Notes under the pieces: model-generated | Database searches by the model: none | What the model was told of the DNA's origin: nothing | Seen by the model: only the letters and a program-made list of their open reading frames with translations | Source of the DNA: an uncultured Pedosphaera sp. | GTDB taxonomy: Bacteria > Verrucomicrobiota > Verrucomicrobiia > Limisphaerales > UBA1100 | NCBI GenBank assembly: GCA_964533265.1 | Contig: CAZHJW010000001.1 | Span: forward strand, 1-51,253 | Length of the DNA stretch: 51,253 nt | Direction of reading: 5' to 3' | Part shown: positions 31,899-41,174 of the stretch, in pieces | Layout: the number at the start of each line of letters is the position of its first letter | How positions within the stretch are numbered: position 1 is the stretch's first letter | Translations under genes and position numbers: made by a program

Positions 31899-32843
31899 TT
31901 ATTGATTCTCGCTGGCCAGCAGGCGTTCTGCATCAATGGCGGCCGCACAACCCATTCCTGCCGCCGTGACGGCCTGTCTATAGACTTTATCAGAACAGTC
32001 ACCAGCCACAAATACGCCTTCAACATTTGTTTGGGAACCTTCACTTCGGCGAATGTAACCGTCCTCATCCATATCGAGTTTGCCGTCAAATATTTGCGTA
32101 TTTGGTATGTGTCCGATGGCAATAAACACACCAGCACATTCAATTGTTTGTTCTTCGTTGGTTTTGTTGTTCTGCAGGCGTACTCCGGCAACCTTGTCAT
32201 CATTTCCGCCTAAGATTTCGGTAACTTCTGAATTCCAGACAGGCTCAATATTATCGTTATTTAACGCCCTTTCAGCCATAACCTTGGAGGCTCGCAACTC
32301 ATCTCGACGATGCACAAGATAAACCTTACTAGCAAACCGGGTAAGAAAGGTGGCCTCTTCGCAGGCCGAATCACCGCCGCCTACAACAACAAGAGGTTTG
32401 TCTCGGAACATCGGTAGTGCCCCATCGCAAGTTGCGCAGTAAGTGACTCCTTTCTTATCCAATTTCTTCTCGCTTTCCAGCCCTAGATGGCGGTGTCCTG
32501 CTCCGCTGGCGATAATCAGGGTTTGTGCGGTCATTTTCTCTCCGTCCACTTTGAGTTCAAAGGGCCGCCTGCTCAGGTTGACTGAATCAACAGTGCTTCC
32601 GAATTTAACCTGTGCGCCAAAACGTTCAGCTTGTTGTTGAAGGTTAATCATTAGTTCGGTGCCATCAATCCCTTCAGGCCAACCTGGAAAATTCTCCACG
32701 ATACTTGTTGTGGTTAGGAGTCCTCCAGGCATTGCTCCGGTTAAAACAATAGGTTTAAGTTGAGCACGGGCTGTATATAGTGCTGCTGTAAGGCCAGCAC
32801 ATCCCGACCCAATAATTACGACCTTCTCTATCTCGCTTGACAT
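31899..32843 (-). CDS. trxB: Thioredoxin reductase
   Basis: IIGSGCAG, CATCDG, VGGGDSA, HRRDELRAS, GVFVAGD, YRQAVTAAG.GC.AA. Confidence 0.96.
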   Translation of the reverse strand: MSSEIEKVVIIGSGCAGLTAALYTARAQLKPIVLTGAMPGGLLTTTSIVENFPGWPEGIDGTELMINLQQQAERFGAQVKFGSTVDSVNLSRRPFELKVDGEKMTAQTLIIASGAGHRHLGLESEKKLDKKGVTYCATCDGALPMFRDKPLVVVGGGDSACEEATFLTRFASKVYLVHRRDELRASKVMAERALNNDNIEPVWNSEVTEILGGNDDKVAGVRLQNNKTNEEQTIECAGVFIAIGHIPNTQIFDGKLDMDEDGYIRRSEGSQTNVEGVFVAGDCSDKVYRQAVTAAGMGCAAAIDAERLLASENQ

Positions 32844-32851
32844 CTACGGCT

Positions 32852-32880
32852 ACGCTACGTAGACGCCTTGCTCATGGCAA
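32852..32880 (-). promoter_or_regulatory. Putative sigma70-like promoter for trxB (TTGCCA-17-TAGCGT)
   Basis: Minus strand reads TTGCCA TGAGCAAGGCGTCTACG TAGCGT, a few bases upstream of the ATG (near-leaderless). Confidence 0.4.
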
Positions 32881-32898
32881 GAGGAAGCTTTGAAGGGG

Positions 32899-35800
32899 CT
32901 ATTTCGCGAGAAAGACCTCTTCGTTATCTTTCTTCTCGGCGACTTGTTTGGTTTCTGATGCGAGGTCATTTTGGCTTTCCGCCTGCGCCGGGCTAAACTT
33001 GACGCTTACGATGCGGCTTACTCCTCGTTCCTGCATAGTTACTCCATACAGGACATCTGCTGCTGCGATAGTTCGTTTACTGTGAGTGATGACAATAAAC
33101 TGCGAGTGCACTAGGAATTCTTTGAGCTTTTGCACGTATCGTTCAATGTTCGCGTCATCCAATGGAGCGTCCAATTCATCAAGAACACAAAATGGACTGG
33201 GTTTCACTTGGTAAAGTGAGAACAAAAGCCCAACAGCGGTCATTGTTTGTTCTCCTCCCGAAAGTAAGCCAATGCGGTGAAGCTTTTTGCCCGGTGGTGA
33301 AGCAACGATTTCTACTCCTGCCTCAAGGACATCTTCATCTTCGGTGAGAACCAAGTCAGCCCGCCCTCCACCGAATAGATCTGGAAAAATTTTCTGGAAA
33401 TTAGCCCTAACTTTTTCGAAAGTTTCGGTAAACATTTCCCGCGATTGTTTATCAATTCGTGCAATGACTTCCTCGAGTTCCGTTTTAGCAGTAACTAAAT
33501 CTTCATACTGAGTGTTGAGAAAAGTATAACGCTCTTCCACTTCCTGGTATTCGTCAATGGCCACCAAATTCACAGGACCCATGCTGTCTATCTTCTCTTG
33601 CATTTGGTTTACTTGCTCTCTAACCATATTCCAATCGGTCGGTAAATTGGCGTCGGATGGCGAAACGGTTTCAATGCTAGTTCGCCCATCTGCAGTAATG
33701 TTGATTGTACTCTTCTCTCCATGCACTTCGCGGAGATCTAGGTTAAATTTTTCCTGAATACGCTCAACAAGCTGTTCCTGTTTCATTTGTTTTTGGGTGA
33801 CCTCCACCTCAATTTCGCCCTTCCGTTCCTGCATTTCTGAAAGCGAGTTACGTATATCGGAAAGTTTCATTTCTCGGCGTTCGGCGTTTTCAGCTTGTGA
33901 ATTACGTTTTTCGGTCAAACTTATAATCGCAGCAGAGGATGACTCGCGGTCAATCCGTAAACGTTCGGTTTCTCGTCTGGATTCAGCATTTTGAGATTCA
34001 AATTGTATCTTGCGTTCGGCACTTTCAGTTAATGTTTGCTGGGCTCTTTCAAGTGTGCGCCGTAGTTCTGCCAATTGTTGCTCCATTGGTATTTTTTGTT
34101 CCTGCAGGGAGGACTCGCGCTCTTCTGCTTTAGATAAAGCCACACGAGCCTCAGTCAGTTCCTCTTGGCCAATTTCACGATGTTCGCGTTGTTTATCTAT
34201 AAAAGACTCGTGACATTCAATTTGCTCGTTTAATAGGCGGGTTTGCTCTTCCTTTTGTCGAATATGTGTCGAAAGTTTGATGAATCTCTGTTTGGTAACT
34301 TCTTCCTGTTCGGCAAGGTTTTGCACTTCGAATAATACGGTTTCGATTTTCTGATCGAGCACTTTTCGCGAATTTTCAAGAGCGTTGAATTCTCCTTTTC
34401 TTGTGGCAACGGCAACCTCTCGGTCGCTCAATTCGTCGCGCGCATTTTGCAGGGTCGCATGAAGTTCGGTTTGTTCTGCTAACAGTTGGCCTTTTGTTCG
34501 ACTAATTTCATCAATTTTATCACACAATTCATTTATTTGAGCCCCCAATTCATCGATTTGGTTGCGACGCGCCAACACAGAGTGGTGTTCCTTGCCGGTC
34601 CCTTCTCCACCAGTGAAAACACCTTGCTGACTTAAGGATTCACCCTTATGTGTTACGTAATCGAAACGTCCTGGGTTCATCCCCCACAGTCGAGTGGCTG
34701 TTTTCAGGTTTTCCACGATCAATGTATGGCCAAGTAATGTCTGAATAAGGGGCTGTATGTGCTCATCGGTTTTCACCACGTCCAAAGCGTGAATTGCTTC
34801 GTTTGGCACATCGCTTGGCGGTATGGCCCCGCCTCGCTGGCGTAACAATTCCAACGAGACAATGCTCGCCCTTCCTAAGTCGTCATCTGTAAGTCGGCGA
34901 AGCATTTCGTCCACGTTTTGGGGCTGTTCAGTAATTACAAGTTGGATGTTGGCGCCCAAGGCGGCCGTTACTGCTTGTTCGTATTCTCTTGGCACTTCGA
35001 TTTGATCAGCAAGTGATCCAATGGCTGAATCAAATTGCATGAGGATCGTTTGTGCGCCTGTGCTGAAGCCTTCCTTTGATTCAATGAGTTGTTTCAACAC
35101 TTCTTTACGGGATTTAGCTTCTGCTTGGCGTTGGAGCAAATCATCTAGTTCATCTTCTGTTTCAATAAGGCAGCCGCTGATCACCGAAAGCCGCGATTGT
35201 CGTTCTTTAACAGTTCCGCGGTGGGTTTGGACATGCAGCGAATCATCTTCAACGCTTCGTTCAAATTCTCCGAGACTTGACTGAAGATTGCTTCGCTCTT
35301 CCTCTAGTTGTATTTTCTCAGCGGAAAGCTTTTCCAATCTTGCTGCGTTGCTCTGTTTTTGTATTTCTAGGCCATTGTATTTGTTGCGAATAGAGGCTAG
35401 GTGATCATTTTGTTCGGTGGATTCGGAGCTGGTGATTGAAAGATCAGATTGACGAGTGCTGATGGCATTATCGATATCTTCGACGACTCCTCGTTTTTCA
35501 TTTTCATGTTGATGCGCTCGCTCCAGGGAACGGTTTGAATCAGCAAGTTGTTGATTGATGCGTTCAAGTTCTGCATCAACCAGTTTTCGACGCTCCTGCG
35601 CGCCAGCGATATCTGTTTCCGCCTCGGAGTGCTGAATCTCAAGCTCCTCCATACGCTGTTCGTTGTATTGAATTCGATTACTGTGTTGATCAACCTCAGA
35701 CTTTAATTTCAAGCCCTGCTGTTGGGTGGTGCTTATCTGTTGGTCGATGTCCGCAAGTGCCTGCCGCAACTGCTTGAGTGTCGTTTCTTCTTCAATGATG

Positions 35801-36609
35801 CCAGAGGAGTGGTTCTCTAGATTATCACGGATGACATCTGATTCTTTGCGTATATTCCTTAGATCCTGTTCAATTGTATCGAATTCATGCCGTGCGAGCT
35901 TGGTTTCCAGATCTCGTAGATCATCCATTATTTTTTGGTATCGGCGTGCTTTGCCGGCTTGTCGCTGAAGTGAACCAATCTGCCTTTTAACCTCCCGAAT
36001 AGTATCTTCTAAGCGCAATACATTTTGCTCTGTGTATTCGAGTTTGCGTAAGGCTTCTTTTTTCTGCTGTTTAAATTTAGTGATACCTGCGGCCTCCTCG
36101 AATACGGTTCGCCTTTCGCTTGGTTTGCTTTTGATGATATTGGTAATCTGGCCTTGGGCCATGATGCTGTAACTGTTGCGCCCGACACCAGTGCCCATAA
36201 AAAGATGCTGGATATCGCGTAGGCGGCATGGAGCTCCATTAAGGAAATATTCGCTTCCGCCGTCTCTGAAGACTCGACGGGTAACGGTCAATTCGGTAAA
36301 GCTGAGGTCGACTCCCGCTGCACTAAGATTCTCCTCATCCATATCACCGAGTGTAATTGACACTTCGGCCATGCTGGTCGGCTTGCGGCCGCGGACTCCC
36401 TCAGTGCCGCTGAAAATGACATCGGCCATTTCTCCACCCCTTAAGGCCTTGGCCGATTGCTCGCCTAGCACCCATCGGATGGCATCAGATATGTTTGATT
36501 TTCCGCACCCATTAGGGCCAACAACTGCCGTTATCCCAGGTTCGAAATTCAGGGTTGTCTTATCGGCAAACGACTTAAATCCAATCGCTTTCAGGCTTTT
36601 TAGAAACAT
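32899..36609 (-). CDS. smc: Chromosome segregation protein SMC
   Basis: GFKSF, GPNGCGKSN, long coiled coils with hinge, GPVNL.A, LSGGE, VLDELDAPLD, ITH; AGGAGG RBS upstream. Confidence 0.96.
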   Translation of the reverse strand: MFLKSLKAIGFKSFADKTTLNFEPGITAVVGPNGCGKSNISDAIRWVLGEQSAKALRGGEMADVIFSGTEGVRGRKPTSMAEVSITLGDMDEENLSAAGVDLSFTELTVTRRVFRDGGSEYFLNGAPCRLRDIQHLFMGTGVGRNSYSIMAQGQITNIIKSKPSERRTVFEEAAGITKFKQQKKEALRKLEYTEQNVLRLEDTIREVKRQIGSLQRQAGKARRYQKIMDDLRDLETKLARHEFDTIEQDLRNIRKESDVIRDNLENHSSGIIEEETTLKQLRQALADIDQQISTTQQQGLKLKSEVDQHSNRIQYNEQRMEELEIQHSEAETDIAGAQERRKLVDAELERINQQLADSNRSLERAHQHENEKRGVVEDIDNAISTRQSDLSITSSESTEQNDHLASIRNKYNGLEIQKQSNAARLEKLSAEKIQLEEERSNLQSSLGEFERSVEDDSLHVQTHRGTVKERQSRLSVISGCLIETEDELDDLLQRQAEAKSRKEVLKQLIESKEGFSTGAQTILMQFDSAIGSLADQIEVPREYEQAVTAALGANIQLVITEQPQNVDEMLRRLTDDDLGRASIVSLELLRQRGGAIPPSDVPNEAIHALDVVKTDEHIQPLIQTLLGHTLIVENLKTATRLWGMNPGRFDYVTHKGESLSQQGVFTGGEGTGKEHHSVLARRNQIDELGAQINELCDKIDEISRTKGQLLAEQTELHATLQNARDELSDREVAVATRKGEFNALENSRKVLDQKIETVLFEVQNLAEQEEVTKQRFIKLSTHIRQKEEQTRLLNEQIECHESFIDKQREHREIGQEELTEARVALSKAEERESSLQEQKIPMEQQLAELRRTLERAQQTLTESAERKIQFESQNAESRRETERLRIDRESSSAAIISLTEKRNSQAENAERREMKLSDIRNSLSEMQERKGEIEVEVTQKQMKQEQLVERIQEKFNLDLREVHGEKSTINITADGRTSIETVSPSDANLPTDWNMVREQVNQMQEKIDSMGPVNLVAIDEYQEVEERYTFLNTQYEDLVTAKTELEEVIARIDKQSREMFTETFEKVRANFQKIFPDLFGGGRADLVLTEDEDVLEAGVEIVASPPGKKLHRIGLLSGGEQTMTAVGLLFSLYQVKPSPFCVLDELDAPLDDANIERYVQKLKEFLVHSQFIVITHSKRTIAAADVLYGVTMQERGVSRIVSVKFSPAQAESQNDLASETKQVAEKKDNEEVFLAK

Positions 36610-36689
36610 TCAGACCTCCTTATGCCGGCAAAATTGCGGGCGAGGTGATAATCCGGTGGATTTCGGCCTTGGCCAAGTGGATTTGCGTC

Positions 36690-37706
36690 TTAGTTATCCA
36701 CAATTGCTAGGGCTTCAGCGCGAACTGCGTCGGCTAATTCCTTCGGCGATAGAACCGTGGCGTTACTTCCCCAGCTGAGTATCCAGCGCCGGATGTCTGA
36801 TAAGTGGCTCAACTGTAGTTGCAGTTCAATACTTCCATTACTATTGTTTTTGATTCGTTGAGTTGGATGCCAGCTCTTCTCACGGATGTATGGTGCGACG
36901 GATTTATTGAACTTTACGCGGATATCATATGACTCGTCTCCCTTGAATACGGCAAATGAATCAGACAAATAATGATCCAATGAAAAAGTATTCGGTCGAT
37001 CAAACGTTTTTCCGGTGGTCGCAATCTCCATGATTCTGGTAGGCACGAAACAACGGATATCTCTGCGCTTGTGATCAAAGGCGTAGAGATACCATTCGTT
37101 ATTGATGTTTGCGAGTTGATACGGATCAATAACTCGGTCTTCGGGGTCTTGGTTCGGCTTACGGTAACGAATCTGGATCTGCCGGCGCTTGGCTGTAGCC
37201 TGGCAAACGTGGTCGAAGATTTTCACTTCGACATCTGATTCGCCGGTGTGACGGAAGCTTAGAGCTTCATCCCATTCGGTTAAGTGAATACTGACGGCGT
37301 CCGGTAATGAGTCAGCGATCTTGCGGAAGGCAGTGGATAGGCGCTTTTCAAAAACAGTGCCGCGATAATTTTGTATAGCTTTGTCAGCAATCAGTAGCGC
37401 GAAGAGCTCACCTTCATCGATCTGTAGCATTGGGAAGGATTCGACTGGGTGAGTGTATCTGAATCCGTTGTAAGCGGCGTCAAATTCGATGGGCAGACTC
37501 CAGCGATCACGCATGAATTGAATGTCACGATGAATGGTCTTAGTGCTCACCTCCATTTTTTTAGCCAGAGTGGTGGCGTTTGGATAGTTGTTACGCTTAA
37601 CGGATTCGTGGATTTCCATCATCCGCTCCAGCGGTGGACGCGAATATAGAACAGGAGAGCGCCCCTGTTTTGTACTCTTTGATTTTCCTCCTTTGGCACC
37701 AGCCAT
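36690..37706 (-). CDS. WYL-domain transcriptional regulator (wHTH + WYL + WCX; PafB/C- or DriD-like)
   Basis: LA...EVS.KTIHRDI..MR HTH; R.IDPY.L....EWYL.A.D..R.D.R.F...RI; WILSWG..A.VLSP..L. Confidence 0.92.
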   Translation of the reverse strand: MAGAKGGKSKSTKQGRSPVLYSRPPLERMMEIHESVKRNNYPNATTLAKKMEVSTKTIHRDIQFMRDRWSLPIEFDAAYNGFRYTHPVESFPMLQIDEGELFALLIADKAIQNYRGTVFEKRLSTAFRKIADSLPDAVSIHLTEWDEALSFRHTGESDVEVKIFDHVCQATAKRRQIQIRYRKPNQDPEDRVIDPYQLANINNEWYLYAFDHKRRDIRCFVPTRIMEIATTGKTFDRPNTFSLDHYLSDSFAVFKGDESYDIRVKFNKSVAPYIREKSWHPTQRIKNNSNGSIELQLQLSHLSDIRRWILSWGSNATVLSPKELADAVRAEALAIVDN

Positions 37707-37716
37707 GTGAGGATGA

Positions 37717-38847
37717 TCAGGTTTTCAGTTTGGAAAGCAACTCCGCGTTCGTGGGGTGCTTTTTAAGGGCCCCTGTGAGCGTTTCCATGGCGTTGATTGG
37801 GTCGAGGTCGACCATGGTGCGCCGAAGTTTGCGAATGGCGTCTAAATGAATTTCTGGGAAAAGCTTTTCTTCTTTCCGAGTGCCGCTCTTGGGGATATCA
37901 ATTGCCGGGTAAAGTCTCCGTTCGGAAAGCTTCCGGTCCAAAATTAACTCCATATTCCCAGTTCCTTTGAACTCTTGAAATATTAGTTCGTCCATTCGAC
38001 TGCCTGTATCTATAAGTGCAGTAGCAAGAATGGTAAGAGAGCCCCCGTTTTCGATATTTCTTGCGGCAGCAAACATGCGTCTTGGGATTTCGAGAGCACG
38101 AGCATCAACGCCTCCAGACATTGTCCTTCCGCTGCCCCCTTTCACATTGTTGTAGGCACGGGCAATGCGCGTGATGGAGTCCATAAGAACAAAGACGTCC
38201 TGCCCGCACTCTACCATGCGCCGGCAACGTTCAATCATGAAGCGTGATAGGCGTACATGGGTTTCCAAATCCATATCATTAGAGGATGCAACCACCTCAG
38301 CGTCCACCGAACGCTCAAAGTCAGTAACTTCTTCAGGACGCTCATCAATCAGCATCACAATGGTTTTTACTTCCGGATGATTGGTGGTAATCGAATTGCA
38401 AATCTGTTTGAGGATAGTCGTTTTACCTGTGCGTGGCGGTGCCACAATCAAGCCGCGTGTTCCCATTCCAATTGGGGTCACTAAATCAATCACTCGCGTT
38501 TCAATTATATCCGGAGAAGTCTCAAGGTTGAACTTATCTAATGGGTCAATTGTGGTTAGATTTTCGAAGCGCGAGCATTCCGTGTATTCCTTGAACGGCA
38601 TCTCGTTCACGGTGAAGATTTCGCGTAACTGCGGGCTATGCCCCTTGTGGGGAGGCACAAGTCGCCCTTTAACGAGACAACCCTCGCGCAAATAGTGGCG
38701 TCGAATCGTATCGGGCGTCACAAAAATATCGGTGGGTTTTGACTGGAACCGATTGCCCGGAGATCGAAGGAACCCGAAGCCTTTATCGGAGACCTCTAGG
38801 TAGCCTTCCCCTTCTTCAGGGTAATCAGTCTTATTGTTTTTAGTCAT
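37717..38847 (-). CDS. rho: Transcription termination factor Rho (short form)
   Basis: [66 protein letters not shown]. Confidence 0.95.
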   Translation of the reverse strand: MTKNNKTDYPEEGEGYLEVSDKGFGFLRSPGNRFQSKPTDIFVTPDTIRRHYLREGCLVKGRLVPPHKGHSPQLREIFTVNEMPFKEYTECSRFENLTTIDPLDKFNLETSPDIIETRVIDLVTPIGMGTRGLIVAPPRTGKTTILKQICNSITTNHPEVKTIVMLIDERPEEVTDFERSVDAEVVASSNDMDLETHVRLSRFMIERCRRMVECGQDVFVLMDSITRIARAYNNVKGGSGRTMSGGVDARALEIPRRMFAAARNIENGGSLTILATALIDTGSRMDELIFQEFKGTGNMELILDRKLSERRLYPAIDIPKSGTRKEEKLFPEIHLDAIRKLRRTMVDLDPINAMETLTGALKKHPTNAELLSKLKT

Positions 38848-39020
38848 AGTTTACGGTGTATGCGCGCGAGATACGAAAGGCGACCGCCTAAGTCGAATAC
38901 ATCGAACGGGGATTTCCTTGTGAAACGAATTCTCAAGGAGGGATGGAACCGGGCGTATTAAGGGCGAAGCCGACCGGGCTGGCAACACTTTTCTTTACTA
39001 TTTTATGGCACTCCGACAGC

Positions 39021-40028
39021 CTACTCTTCCGGATCCCGTACCTGTAATTCTGAAACCTTATTCCGAGACTCTTCTGCAAGAGGCGTGCTTAGATAACGTT
39101 CTCCTGTCGAGCAGGCGACAGTCACAATCATCTTGCCGGTGTTTTCCGGCCTTTTGGCAACCTGTATTGCCGCCCAAACGTTTGCTCCCGTAGAGATGCC
39201 GCCCAATATCCCCTCTCTAGAAGCAAGTTCTCGAGTCATAGCAAAAGCATTATCATTACTTACCTTGATGCACTCTGCTATCTGCTTAGAACCGTCTTCC
39301 CCGTTTAAGTGAAGGTTTTCCGGCACAAATCCTGCGCCAGTTCCCTGAATTTTATGAGGGCCAGGGGTTAACTCTTCACCAGTCAAGGTTTGTGAGATTA
39401 CCGGGGAATCTTCTGGCTCAACTGCAATGGCCTGAAAGTCTGGCTTCTGTGGTTTAATAACCTCAACGCACCCGGTAATAGTCCCTCCGGTTCCAACACC
39501 TGAAACAACGATATCGACTTCTCCATCGGTATCTTCCCAAATTTCTACGGCTGTGGTCTCTCGATGGATGGCCGGGTTAGCGGGGTTTTCAAATTGTTGG
39601 GGAATCCATGAATTCTTAGTTTCGGCCGCGAGTTTCTCAGCCATGGCAATGGCTCCTTTCATTCCTTTCGCTGCCGGGGTAAGGACTAGGTCTGCTCCAA
39701 GCATTGAAAGAAGAGTGCGGCGTTCTAGTGACATGCTTTCTGGCATGGTAAGAATGACCTTGTACCCCTTGGATGCTGCCACAAAAGCCAGGGCAATACC
39801 TGTGTTACCGCTGGTTGGTTCAATAATGACAGTATCCTTGGTTAGTGAACCGTCCTTTTCGGCTGCCTCGATCATGGCCATTCCTATCCGGTCTTTTACG
39901 CTCGAGAGAGGATTAAAGAATTCGCATTTCAGCAGCACAGTGGCGGTAGCACCTTCAGTAACCTTGTTGAGTTTGACGAGCGGTGTGTCGCCCACTGTTT
40001 CTACGATGTTGTTGTAAATTTTGCCCAT
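39021..40028 (-). CDS. cysK: Cysteine synthase A
   Basis: [13 protein letters not shown] (PLP Lys), [37 protein letters not shown]; ATG at 40028. Confidence 0.95.
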   Translation of the reverse strand: MGKIYNNIVETVGDTPLVKLNKVTEGATATVLLKCEFFNPLSSVKDRIGMAMIEAAEKDGSLTKDTVIIEPTSGNTGIALAFVAASKGYKVILTMPESMSLERRTLLSMLGADLVLTPAAKGMKGAIAMAEKLAAETKNSWIPQQFENPANPAIHRETTAVEIWEDTDGEVDIVVSGVGTGGTITGCVEVIKPQKPDFQAIAVEPEDSPVISQTLTGEELTPGPHKIQGTGAGFVPENLHLNGEDGSKQIAECIKVSNDNAFAMTRELASREGILGGISTGANVWAAIQVAKRPENTGKMIVTVACSTGERYLSTPLAEESRNKVSELQVRDPEE

Positions 40029-40120
40029 ATTTCGAGAGAGGGGTACTCGCGGAATGAACACGCTTAAAGCTTTGCGGGCAAGTATTTTCCTGCGGATTAG
40101 TCGGGAATTACGTTAGTCAA

Positions 40121-40157
40121 AACAAAAAGTCCCTTCCGAATCTAGTCCGGAAGGGAC
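40121..40157 (-). terminator. Intrinsic terminator of the large ncRNA candidate
   Basis: GTCCCTTCCG/CGGAAGGGAC 10-bp stem, extended by G-U and A-U pairs on the minus strand and followed by TTTTTGTT. Confidence 0.85.
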
Positions 40158-41168
40158 AAATTGGGGGGTGGGCGTTCGCCACGCGCTCTTTCCCGTTGCA
40201 ACCATTTGGCACCCACAGTGTGGGTCGGTTGCTCCCCGACGCTATTCTCCGTGACTTTCGGAGTTGCCGGCCTCATAGCAGGGCCGTCCAAGGCCTTGCA
40301 GCACATGGATTATTGGGTGAGGTTTATTTGCCCGCTCAGCCAGTGGTTGCGGCCACTGACATGCGAACCAGACTGGACGCGCAAGTAATCCGTTCGCATC
40401 CTAGCCCTTTGGAAGCAGGTCAGCCATCGCTTGTGACGATGCGTTCGCCTGCCCCACGGGTCTCGCCTCTTAACCCTCAGATTGCCATTCGTTTACTTTG
40501 CAGCGCTGCAGTTTTTGCCGCATCGCCACGGTTTCGGATAGTTTTCACGACCGTCGTCTTGGGCGCGTGGCTATCCCGACGGTAACCCCGGCTTTTGTTC
40601 TCCTTTCAGAGGATTTCGTTCGGCTGGCCGTTTCCGGCCAATTTGCGGTTCCCGCCGTGCTGATGTCTCAGTAAGCAATCAATACCTTTTAGGCAACTGT
40701 GTTCCACTTGAGCTCAAAGAGGGCTCAAGCTTCTGACTCAGACCTACATCCCGAAGGATTTCGGTCCGGGCAAGTCTGTACGCGCAACTCATTGTGCCGC
40801 CTTCCCGGAGGAACGCAGCCTCGCTACACATTCAAACAAACCAAGCTCGGGGTTACTTCTAATGGAATTGATCTTTGTTCCACATCCCCTCGCTCCTTAA
40901 GTACCATTTCGCATTCGGTGACGTGCGAACATCACCGGGCACTTAAGTGAACTTTGCCTTCGCTCCATTTGGTTAATTCCAATTAATCATTACACCCTTC
41001 GTCCGCCAAAGACGGATTCCAGTTGTATTATTCAACCAGACCAAACGGTTTGATAGGGGGCAAGCGTATCAGCCCCGCCTGCCCTTTTGCCCGGTTATCC
41101 CGGGTTTTATCTTGAGAAGCATCCAGCCGTACAAGCCGGCCCTTCAGCTTCTGTTCTTTCAAGGAACT
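40121..41168 (-). ncRNA. Candidate large (~1.05 kb) highly structured non-coding RNA; family unassigned (compare MISL, GOLLD, ROOL)
   Basis: The only ~1.3 kb gap without a credible gene; about 20 closely packed inverted repeats; cUUCGg and GAAA tetraloops on the minus strand; long-range helix 40582-40590/40848-40856; bounded by a promoter-like element and a terminator. Confidence 0.75.
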
Positions 41169-41174
41169 AGAAAC

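Noticed and set aside
36694-36702. Perfect DnaA box TTATCCACA near the smc start
   Set aside because: Single copy inside the WYL coding end; about one such 9-mer could arise by chance in 51 kb; no box cluster suggesting oriC.
32899-37706. WYL + SMC read as a Wadjet/MksBEF-type defence system
   Set aside because: The SMC is a canonical hinge-containing chromosome Smc; no jetA/B/D-like neighbours are present.
40161-40950. ORFs of 75, 129 and 83 aa in the large intergenic region
   Set aside because: TTG/GTG starts, no recognisable motifs, mutually overlapping and atypical composition; better explained as chance frames across a structured RNA.
40121-41168. Identity as tmRNA, RNase P, SRP, rRNA fragment or group II intron
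   Set aside because: I found no GAGGAAAGUCC (RNase P), no tRNA-like ends or tag frame (tmRNA), only a partial TCCGGAAGG resemblance to SRP that belongs to the terminator stem, no domain V motif and no recognisable rRNA sequence. This was by eye; cmscan should confirm.
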